Below are positions 12,371 through 24,100 of a stretch of DNA of 64,000 nt, piece by piece. A model generated the notes under the pieces. That model saw only the letters and a list, made by a program, of their open reading frames with translations. It had not been told where the DNA came from and ran no database searches. The translations under genes were made by a program, and so were the position numbers. The stretch is from Laetmonice hystrix (taxonomy: Eukaryota): NCBI GenBank assembly GCA_965235115.1, contig OZ249440.1:19406001-19470000 (forward strand), read 5' to 3'. Each line of letters begins with the position of its first letter. Position 1 is the first letter of the stretch.

Positions 12371-15300
12371 CGCACACGTATGGCAACAGGTTTTCTTCCA
12401 GTAACTGTTGCGACAGTTCAGACCTGGCCATTCGCGGATGTTTCCAGTGCAGTCGTTGCTCTTGTTTGGATCATCCTTGCAAGCTACAAAACACAACACA
12501 ATATGTCCTGATTTAGACAGAAAATTCATAGCTTCATTTTTCTGTATTGTTCCCTCTAGAAATATATCACATAATAAATTTTCAGGAATATGTTGGCATA
12601 ATTACATTTTCTGACAGCAGCCCGAAACTCAAGACAAACAGATGCACACCAAATCGTTAATTCGGCCCGAAATAATCATTTTTACAAACAGAGCCAATAG
12701 TTTTATTCACTTGCGAACATTGTTTTTTTTTTATTTTAGAAATTTCGCTTCTCTTATATATTTGCGGTCATTGCAATGTGTTGACGAGCATTAGGGCCAG
12801 GAAAGAGGTTTTGTTTTTGGATATTGATTTATGGATATTGTGGACCATGATGCCCCTTTAATGTTGAGATACGTACAGCTTGGAATGTCCGTCACCGGGT
12901 GCTGGACCTGACAGCTGTGATGGGGCATGCCTAGGGGAGAGCATAAAAGGTACATGGTTAAATATTTGTAGGGGGCCTATATTTCGATATGTTTTATTCA
13001 AATATATTTTCAAATGTCCACGCAAAAGTGTCATTGTGTAATAATCAAAACCCTGCGTATAAAAAATTCTAACGTCACTTACTTGGTTTATTTGACTTGG
13101 ATACACAGAAGCCATGGATACACCACTGAAAGACACAATCAGATGCGAGCACAATATGCTAGAATACAGTCTACGTAATATACGACGCTGTATGTTACAT
13201 ACGGATCCGGGGGGGGGGGGGGATCCCCCCCCCTTGCTTACCCAATTCCTAATTATATACTCATTTTCAAATAATTTTGTCATCTTGAGATTAGACACAT
13301 CACCTGAGTGGACATGATGAAGCAAATGGTTGTAACTAGGCCTATATGCCTATATGATACAGCCCTACATAGGTTACCAGGAGCTTTAGTAATGCAAACA
13401 ATCATTAATTGTTTTCCTGGGCCCCGGCCAGTATGTTATTATAGTATCTGTTTTACTGTCTCAAGCATACACAATATGTATTGCCTTTTTCTACACAAGA
13501 CGCCTCGTACATATTGGGTGCATTATTCTATCTCTCTGTCATCAGTAATCCCACTAAGGTTCTCTGGAACTTCCGGCCCCTTTCTAGTGTGTTCAAAGAC
13601 TCATATACAGGGCCTACTCGTTTGTATGAATGAAGGGGTGATATTAAAAACAAACTCCCACCTAAAGAATTTGGACCCACTTTTAAGGAGAGCAGAGAGT
13701 TCCCATTGCAAGTGGAGAGTGTCGGTTATTATGTACGTAAAATTTCCCGCCAGGCGGCGGTCCCTACCTTGCTGCCCCCCGCACACGGTGTGCCGTCTGC
13801 AGGTCGAGCCATGCCATAGTTACATGAATTGCTGCTGATAAGTGAGCACCAGAGACTCTGACAGAAGTCATCCCGATCAGCCGGTTTCCACTGAAAAACA
13901 ATCAGGATTGTTTGCTATATTCAGTGACTTTTGTTGTGATAGTCTTGGGTTATTTACCTTTCCGTTGTCAAATTAGTCGGCCGAATCTCACAGCTATGAC
14001 GTTTTTGTTTGTTTCTTGTCTTTGTGGCTGTCTGTNNNNNNNNNNNNNNNNNNNNNNNNNNNNNNNNNNNNNNNNNNNNNNNNNNNNNNNNNNNNNNNNN
14101 NNNNNNNNNNNNNNNNNNNNNNNNNNNNNNNNNNNNNNNNNNNNNNNNNNNNNNNNNNNNNNNNNNNNNNNNNNNNTTGTTGTGATAGTCTTGGGTTATT
14201 TACCTTTCCGTTGTCAAATTAGTCGACCGAATCTCACAGCTATGACGGTTTTGTTTGTTTTTGTGTTTGTTTCTTGTCTTTGTGGCTGTCTGTCTNNNNN
14301 NNNNNNNNNNNNNNNNNNNNNNNNNNNNNNNNNNNNNNNNNNNNNNNNNNNNNNNNNNNNNNNNNNNNNNNNNNNNNNNNNNNNNNNNNNNNNNNNNNNN
14401 NNNNNNNNNNNNNNNNNNNNNNNNNNNNNNNNNNNNNNNNNNNNNNNNNNNNNNNNNNNNNNNNNNNNNNNCACAGAACAGGTGCCTTTGGTGACCTTGG
14501 TGCCGTACACATCCTTACACTGGTCGTCCACACTGGCGTGCTCTCCCGGCAGTCCGCTCACTTTCGGCACACCATTCCGACAGTAGTTGTCCTCCAAACA
14601 TATCCGCGGGAATCTGTCAACAATCGGAAAACCTCGGCAATTTCCGGAATTATTCAGCGGCTGACAAAATAGGCCTACTTGTCGACGGATATATACTAAA
14701 TGTATTTAATAGACTTTGCCGTGAGGTCGTGACCACTCGTGAGAGCAGTGATCGCGCTGTCCTCCAACATGCTGTCCCATGCCACAACCCCTGTCTACAA
14801 GCAATTTGAACCCAGCAGGCGTTATGCTACAGATTGATTGTGTCGATAGTTTATCTAAGGGTTTCCCTACTTTGAATTGTCCTCCCCACGGAGGCATTTC
14901 TTGGCGTCACTCAAGCTGCAGGAGGAGAATTTAAAGGGTTCCTCCTTATTGGAACCGTCCAATTTGGGAAGGCTGGAGCCCATAATGTTTCCACGACTGC
15001 CTGAGCACCCGTTCTCACCATCATGTCGCATGCCCAGGCTGAAAATAGCATTACATTATAATTAGCCCAGCAATACTGTAGTGCTACCCTTCATTAGGAA
15101 GGATCGGCTGCCAATGAAAATAGTCTATACCTGCGAGCAAGGAATCTACCAGGCGATATGAAAGAAGTCCACGCACTATTATAGGCTATGGGGGACTAAG
15201 CTTACTTAGAACATGGACTACTGCTTTACCACCAATAATAGATCTACTCTTGCTCTTTCATAAATATAAAAGTGCGGCGTTACAAGTAGGAATGTCTTGC

Positions 15301-18300
15301 TGGTAATGCAAACATTAAATGAGCATGGGAAATGCCAGATGACTTACTTGTGTCCGAGTTCGTGGGCAGCCACTGACCAGGCCTGCCAGCCCATTATCTC
15401 GAGAATCGAGTGGCCACGGTTGGGTTGGCAGACACCTCCTACGGGCGCGTACCCTGGAACAAGGAACGAACCCAGTACCTCCATGATGGGGTGACAGTTA
15501 ATGTTATAAATGCAATGTACAGTCGTATTAAATGATTAAAGCAATTAGGGATTATCGCTCATTTCAAGGACTCCAAAATGCAGACATGAAATTCATCGGT
15601 TCATCGCCCGATGAATCTCACTGGCTGTTCTTGAAGAACATGTTTTATATAAGCAACTCACCAACAACGCTTCCTTGAAGATCGTATCTTTAGAAGATAA
15701 ATACAAGAAGAAAAGATAGAGAAATACTTATTAGTGGAAGGGCAGAATCTTGTCATTTTGCTATGATGTAGGCTATAATAATGTCATCTATAATGTATTT
15801 TATGTGTAGTGTTGTGTGTAATTGTAGGCCTATGTGTAGGGTATTTTACTTTATTTAATCCGTGTATGCGAGCATTGTTGGAATGTTTGTTCTATACCTG
15901 TGTCATGTAGCCTCACCACAACGCGCGTGTATGAACGTCTATCATTTAATAAATCGTGAAAATCTCCAAACCACGACTCGTTTCGATATAATAGGCTCCA
16001 GGTATAGACGCTCCAGAGTGCACATGCGTGTGTGCACCCCTTGGGGACACCTTTTTAAGTGATCAAGAATCTCGACCCGACAACCACTCACCCCGTCCAC
16101 ACCATGAGATGATCTGGGTTGTACCAGTTGTAACCGTTGGCTTTTTTCCATTTATTGATTTCCTCCAGAGCACGGTCGTTGTTTAGGGATTCCCGTTTGT
16201 TGTTACTGTTGACGCTTCCGGTTCGGACGTCACTAGTCGCCCTGAATCCACTTGTTGTCTATTACAATGAAACCATAGCGCTCAACTATCAACAAACAAT
16301 CTAAACGAACTGTTGGAGTCTGGAGGATAGCGCTCAACAATCAACAAACAATCTAAAGGAACTGTTGGAGTCTGGAGGATAGCGCTCAACTATCAACAAA
16401 CAATCTAAAGGAACTGTTGGAGTATGGAGGATAGCGCTCAACAATCAACAAACAATCTAAAGGAACTGTTGTAGTCTGGTGGATAGCGCTCAACAATCAA
16501 CAAACAGTCTAAAGGAACTGTTGAAGTCTGGAGGATAGCGCTCAACAATCAACAAACAATCTAAACGAACTGTTGAAGTCTGGAGGATAGCGCTCAACAA
16601 TCAATAAACAGTCTAAACGAACTGTTGAAGTCTGGAGGATAGCGCTCAACAATCAATAAACAGTCTCAAGGAAATGTTGGAGTCTGGAGGATAGCGCTCA
16701 ACAATCAACAAACAGTCTCAAGGAAATGTTGGAGTCTGGAGGATAGCGCTCAACAATCAACAAACAATCTAAAGGAAATGTTGGAGTTTGGAGGATAGCG
16801 CTCAACAATCTACAAACAATCTAAAGGAACTGTTGGAGTTTGGAGGATAGCGCTCAACAATCAACAAACAATCTAAAGGAACTGTTGGAGTCTGGAGGAT
16901 AGCGCTCAACAATCAACAAACAATCTAAAGGAACTGTTGAAGTCTGGAGGATAGCGCTCAACAATCAACAAACAATCTAAACGAACTGTTGGAGTCTGGA
17001 GGGAACCAAGAATGTTGGTGAGTCTAGATCCTCAATAATGAACTCACTTACTGTGAATATCTTGACTTCGGTGATAGACAGGGCCACCGGTAAACCTGAC
17101 GATTCCATCTTGTCGTATGACATTCCCATCTAGATAGAGAGAAATACTTTCTCTCTACACCAAGTTTAACAGATTCATATTGCACCATATGGGATTACAT
17201 CCAAGATGGCCGGAAGTGATTTTGATTGCTGTCAAAATCCGACTATACTCTTTATCCTTGGTTAGGGTTTGGTCAGCCCTATACAGCTCTAAGAAATCCC
17301 TGTCCACGATTGTAGAATGGAAATATGTTACTTACCCCGTTGAGTTGGTGAGAGAAGTATTCCTTCAGTTTGTTCATGTCACCACCGTGAGTTGCCTTCC
17401 AGCTGAAGTTTGTATATGATATAGTTATCTCACAGAGATCTGACTCTTGTTTTATGCCCTGTGTAGGAGGCCTACATATCTACAATTTACGCTTAGAAAT
17501 TCAGTTACCGAATGCAAAGCTTTGAATTAAGGAGGTTTTTAAAGTGTGATAGTTCCAGACCTAGGTCGGTGACCTTTGTTTTTTTTTATCCTGAATAAAT
17601 AAAAAAAAAGTTGATTTTACTCAGGCGGGCCTCCTACAAATGACCCCCCATAAGCCACACTTACTACTCGTAGGCGGCCGAATCGACCAACCATATCATT
17701 TCAACCAGAAACGAACCGGAACCTCGCTTTGACTGACTCTCATCTCGGACGCTGATGTTGTGACTTCCGGCGTCCTGGGGGCGCACCACCTGGTAGTCGT
17801 TTGGCGTTCCTGCGGACAAGTTCAACAATTTCTCTTAGTAGGCTCTATGTGTTCTATAATATTATTATCTTCAGATTTGATTTGCTTACTTTGATCCAAT
17901 TAGGCCCTGCTTTACATTTCATGATCCATATCGGATAGATCTATATTTAAACTTACTCGTATCGAAGAAATGTTTTAGTTCTCGGACCACATGAGTTCGC
18001 CTTTTCGATTTCATTGACGAACTGCGCATGTCTTCATTGTCTTCCGGTGGACCTTTTTTTGAATCTATGGACAGACTGCGCATGTCTTCATTGTCTTCCG
18101 GTGGACCTTTTTTTGAATCTATGGGCAGACTGCGCATGCCCTCAACGTCTTCCGATGCCCTTTTCTCTGAGCCTACCGATAGATGGCGCATGGCCTCGTT
18201 CTCGGATCCATCGTCTGAAGGCTCTATCTCAAACATCCGGCCGTCCATCATGAAACTTCCACGCTGACAGGAGATGGTAATAATGGAGTGAGAACCATTT

Positions 18301-20080
18301 TCTTCCGAATTGTGCACACAACTCGCTCTCACTAAACCATACGTATATTTACCTGCCGCTTTTTCAACGAAGAACGTAATTGATCTAAGATACCAACGTT
18401 TTACCCATCTTGTGCCTTTAGTCGCACGTACTGGAGTTTTCCGCCTCAGCCATGCCCAGCCAAGGAAGGCCATGTCCAGGCGGCCTGTTTAATTGAGTTT
18501 TAAAATCTAAGAAAATAGTTCGGCCGTGAGCAGAAAGAAATGAGAGCGGCTGACAGCATGGACGTTCCTCTGCCGCCTCTATAATATTGTAGGCCTACCT
18601 ACCATAAACCGGTGATGGGAGTCACCAATCTTCTCATGGCTCACGGTTACAACGGCGTGGTTAGAAGGGTCCCTGTAAAACCGCACGTTCTGAAACAAAA
18701 CAAAAAAAACTTCTTTCTTTAAGTTGGTTTCCGGATGTGATTTCGTGATGGCATATCTTTAACATATTATGATGGATAGTAAGGGTTAAACAGAGGCGTG
18801 TCTTTGAGGAACTATGCAGTTACACTGCCTTATATCACTCGCAAACGTCAGTATTATGGGTAGTTCAAATTCCTCTTCGAAGCAGCCCCATAGGCCTACA
18901 TTTGCCCAAGTCATGTTGTCTGCCTAAATGGCCGTAGGGGCCTACATATCGAGGTGATTGTCGTTGCGGGGTTCATACCATTGTTAATTGAGCCTAAAGG
19001 GGACATTTTTGATTTTTTTAAATAATTTCCAGGATCGGGGGCAGAGATAAAGGATAATCTTATTGGTGGGTTCACCATTATGCAGTAAGTTTCACCGGTG
19101 TATTACAATCAAACATGTCACTCACGCTGAAAGTGTTGGGTTGAGGGACTCCGTCGATCGAGAATGGCACGTGCTCCACCTCCTCATTCCTGCGTAGTCT
19201 TAGGTTTGGGAAGCTGACGTCACGGCGGGAGGATGTGTGCTCGAGCGCGACCTCCAGGCGGTCAGGAAGGTCATCATGGTTGACCTCACTTTCAGAGTTT
19301 ATATCCCGCACATGAACCTCTGTCTCGGAAAGGTCTGTTAAATGACGTCACGGTCTCAAGGTAATATACACACATTATCGCTCAACTGCATACGAGGCCT
19401 ATAGTCTAACCTTAGATATGGCCTACCCACATCATTATGCATGTGGCCCTGTAACTCAGGTCTATAGATTCTACAATTCGTAGGTAGGCATACGTGTGTC
19501 AAAAATGCAAGGGCAGCTATTCCCAGAAACGCCAGTGGTCAGTGAGTGATCTGTCGTCGAGATTAGCATGCGGTCTGTATAATTGGTTTAACGGACATGT
19601 AGCTTTTTGTAGGCCTAGGCCTATAAACGAACCTTGATGCAATGAGTCTGGAAAGCCTGAGCCTATAGACTACAGTGACAGTTTTAGAGTTAACAGAATT
19701 ATGGCTGACTTTTCGTTCATTTGAAATCAATGCAGACACACTTTTCATTTTGTACATATAGAATTTGAATATATCGGCAAGCGGAAACACAAATTGTCGG
19801 TCGTTGCCCTCACGTAGGCCTACATAAAGCGCGGAAACTCCCCTGTGTATCATTTTACGCTACTAGGCCTACTATTCGCCTTCATACTTCTCGAACTGTA
19901 GCAAATCAATTATGTTTTACTGCACGTAAAGTTATGCCAATGTTTTAGCAAAGATCTATGAATTATTTATAGGTCTTTGGTTTTAGGGCAGAATCCTAGA
20001 TTGATAGGGCGACAATACTTACAATCTGCCGTGCACGCTGCGACTAACAGGAATAACACAAAAACTGTTGGCCGCGTCAT
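12353..20080 (-). CDS. ADAMTS-like M12B (reprolysin) metalloprotease, copy A; ~643 aa; SP-prodomain-metalloprotease-disintegrin-like-PLAC-like
   Basis: 16 phase-consistent exons: 20080-20023, 19334-19126, 18689-18603, 18263-17957, 17833-17665, 17402-17336, 17129-17052, 16258-16092, 15687-15662, 15453-15348, 15038-14871, 14613-14475, 13890-13768, 13125-13083, 12930-12877, 12483-12353. Signal peptide MTRPTVFVLFLLVAACTA, prodomain RGSFMMDGRMFEIEP, SKR/GSG maturation site, zinc motif HELGHNLGMRHD, Met-turn NIM, ADAMTS-type LPGEHASVDDQC..ADGTPC..WCIHGFCV, terminal CKDD..C..C..YWKKTCCHTC. Confidence 0.9.
13915..14295. repeat. Gapped ~120-bp tandem repeat in intron 12 of copy A, with N gaps at 14036-14176 and 14296-14471
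   Basis: ttgttgtgatagtcttgggttatttacctttccgttgtcaaattagtcg...gtggctgtctgt occurs before each N run; true copy number is unknown. Confidence 0.7.
16276..17001. repeat. 52-bp minisatellite, ~14 copies, filling intron 7 of copy A
   Basis: Unit tagcgctcaacaatcaacaaacaatctaaaggaactgttggagtctggagga; absent from the equivalent intron of copy B. Confidence 0.92.
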
Positions 20081-21141
20081 GCTGTCAGCTTTAGACGAGA
20101 CTAACTGAATGAACAGAATTTCTAGTCAACCTTTTTATCCTTATAAACATGCAGAGGACATTATTTATTCGAATGGCCACCTGTGTTTAGCACCAACCTC
20201 CCCGGCCAGCTGCCAGGTAGTGATCTTGAGTCAGGAACAGACATTTCCTGGTACATACCGCCACCTGCAGCCAAGCCGCCTGCACCGGAAGCCATTAAAA
20301 TGTCTACATATTATAATATATATTAAAATTCACACGTGATACATTCACCCACTCCATAGAATACTAATAACAGGGGCAGATCCAGGAATTTGGAAGGGGG
20401 GGGGGGTCATAGGGAATCTAAAGGGTGGTTCATGGGTGAATCTGGCAAGGGGGGACAACACGGTTAATTCAGAAAGCTCTATGGGAAGAATAGAAAAATT
20501 GACGCCAAAGAGGCCCCCTTGACCTCCCCCTTTGACGCTATCAATTAGTTATGCAATGGAACAATGCCACTACCAGTTCCAAGTAAAGGGGTTCTCTAAA
20601 ACGCCGAATCAATCGGAATTGTCGGTTTTATTTTTATTACTTCCCCACCACTCATGTACTTTATGACGCTGAAAGCTTTAATCACTTTGATTCTGTTAAC
20701 ACGCCAGGAGTAGCCAGCAGTGCTATTCTCCCTCGTGGTGAAGGAAGTACAACCACTAGCAGTAATAGGAGAGAGCGTATAACAGAACCCGCTCCAAATC
20801 CCTGGACCACGGAAGATTTTCAATGTTATTTCAGATAATTTGGCGACTTTTATAACTTTCCTTTTGCGTGATACCCATCAAAAAGCGAGGTAAGAGAGGC
20901 CTGGATGATATCTCTCACGCTATGCAAACATATTTTTTTACTTTATTCTATATTATTTAAAAGACAATTAGGTGCATACATAATCTCCAATATATGTCTC
21001 CAGTTTCTGTGTTAAAAAGGGTAGTATATTCTGAGAACGCATACTTGTTGTTAGTGTGATTTATTGACAACCGGCCAAGTTGAGTTTGAGTTACGAGTTG
21101 ATGACTTGAAATCAAACGATGTCGGTTGAGCTGCGAGTTTA

Positions 21142-24100
21142 TCATTTGAACCCAAACGACGCGCACGTACGACAACAGATCTTCTTCCAGTTGCTCAGGC
21201 TACAACTCGGGCCCGGCCACTTTCCCACAGCCCTGCAGTCTCCACTTCTGTTCGAGTCGTCTTTGCAGGCTAGACAACAGTATGAAGCCGTTAGTATATC
21301 ATGGTTTCTAAAGACGTTAGGCCCTACTTGTAACGTTTATAGATATAGGATGCTGAACTGAAGCAGTCATCTGAGCTTTAACAATCCCCCAGCGTCACGG
21401 TTATATAGTACAACTAAACTGAACTTCATCAACTATAATTATGAGTTCCTCTCCATTTATTGCTACACGGAAAATCTTTTAAGATATGATCCCTTTAAGC
21501 CACTTTTGGCCGCTAAAAAGATATGACCTTGTTTGAGTTTTGAAGCTATACTCATGTATTTTGTACCTATTTTGAACAGTTTGAGAGTATAGGAAATCGA
21601 ATGTATGCAGGGAATATTTCCACGGATACTATTCTTTTTTGCCTGAACTATCTGATATGTCCCTATGGGCGAGTCCCTATTTTACACATTAAAGGTGATA
21701 CCCTTATATTAAATATTCAAAAAATCTGATGATAACTCGATATGGCGTACTTACTACTCGGGATGTTGGAGATCGGGTGCTTGACTTGACAGCTGTGACG
21801 TGGTGGGCCTAGACATTGAAAGCCAGATGGTACACCATTCATTCTTAGTATTAAAGACATAATCTTTAATATAGAATTACAATAACTGGGTCGATATAGG
21901 TACCTGTATAAAGCTGAACTTTCAAATGACCATTCAATTAATGCATTTTTATATTAGGCATCATTGAGAAAAGTAGGCCTCAGCCATGACCTTAGAGTTG
22001 TATTTGACCATAAACCTGAATTCAAAACGTGACATCACTTACTTGGTTTATTAGACACACATGATCCTTCGATACACCACTGAAAGACACACACTCAGAT
22101 ATGATCCAGATCGACGGACAAGGTAAAACCTGTAGGCTTTTAGTCTGTATAATATTATAATGTATGGATGTAAAGGGCGAGCGCTTTATTCGAGGTGTGA
22201 CGGTACAATACGTGGCTTCAGGCCGGCATTGCGCTTTTGGACACCGATTTACGTTTTTGGCCGCACGGAGTAAATACCAATGCTATTTAGCTGATACTAC
22301 ATGTACCTTGTCAGTGATTGTAGCCGTTACATATACATGTAATTATAATAGTATTATAGTCTAAACCGTCACAAAAACAGGATCATGTAGCAGACCTCTG
22401 TGGGGACCACAGACACGGGATCATGTAGCAGACCTCCGTGGGGACCACAGACACGGGATCATGCAGCAGACCACCGTGGGGACCACAAACACGGGATCAT
22501 GTAGCAGACCTCCGTGGGGACCACAAACACGGGATCATGCAGCAGACCTCTGTGGGGACCACAAACACGGGATCATGTAGCAGACCTCCGTGGGGACCAC
22601 AAACACGGGATCATGTAGCAGACCTCCGTGGGGACCACAAACACGGCATCATGTAGCAGACCTCCGTGGGGACCACAAACACGGGATCATGCAGCAGACC
22701 TCCGTGGGGACCACAAACACGGGATCATGTAGCAGACCTCCGTGGGGACCACAAACACGGGATCATGTAGCAGACCTCCGTGGGGACCACAAACACGGCA
22801 TCATGCAGCAGACCTCCGTGGGGACCACAAACACGGCATCATGCAGCAGACCTCCGTGGGGACCACAAACACGGCATCATGCAGCAGACCTCAGTGGGGA
22901 CCACAGACACGGCATCATGCAGCATGTGGTAAAGTTCGTACCTTGTTGCCACCAGAACCACACGGTGTCCCGTCGACAGGGCGAGTCATTCCGTACATAC
23001 ACTGCCTGCTGTTTTTCTTGAAGCAGTACAATGTTGTGCAGAATCCATCGCGCTTGGGATCCTTCCACTGTATACAGGGAACACCAGAAATCAATGTATT
23101 TTTGTAAAAACCAGATTATCCAACTATTTACTCTTCCTACGTACAGTTGCTCAATCAGGAAGGAGTCAAAGAAATTTGCTAAGTGAGGTGTGTGGTGGAA
23201 AAGGAGGAAGCGTGGGCCTGTGAACGTCCTTACCTATATCCTGATATAACTTCTAAATCTATTAAGCCAAGTTTCCATGTGTACGTTTCCGTTAGCCGTT
23301 TCCGTTAGCCGTTTCGGTTAGCCGTTTCCGTTAGCCGTTTCCGTTAGCCGTTTCCATTAGCCTTTACTGATTCGATCGTTTATGCCTATTTCGTTTCCAT
23401 GTGCACGTTACATTCCAATCGGACGCCGAAATGTGCGTTTGTAAACGCTCCCAGAGGAAATAGGCATACACGATATAAACGGATAATGATAACGGAAACG
23501 GATAATAGAAGCGTACATACACATAATGGAACCCGGCTTTAGGGTCAATGAAGGTAGGCCCTATGGGTCACTGTGCCGGACTACGGGGTGGCGTACCGTA
23601 GATTCGCTACTACTAAAGGTTCATCGGAGATCACGGAATTTTGACGTCACGTGAACATTGCAAGAGAAAGATATCATTATTATAAATTTCTCACAATAGC
23701 CAACATTTAAAAACATTTAAAAACATCAAATGCCTTACACTGCAGTAGCCGTCGCTGAGTTTTGGCCCATAGAAATCCTTACACTGGTAGTCAAGACTCA
23801 GTCCTTCTCCCGGCAGTCGGCTCGTCGTCGGCACTCCATTCCGGCAGGAGGTGTCCTCGAGACATACCCGTGGGAACCTGTCAATCACAAGACAGGGAAG
23901 TTGGAATCTTACTTCTTGAAAAGGACCCAGATGGTTTTAGAATCTACAACAATCAAGGCACCCCGCCAGTATTCCGGTGTTAATCTTAGACTAAAGCAGG
24001 TCTTTTGCAGTACGGAAAGGCCAACTCCCTGTAGGAATCCCACCTTCCCCCTTAAAAAATATCAGGACGGCCACAAGGATCATGTATCAGGGATTGTCAG

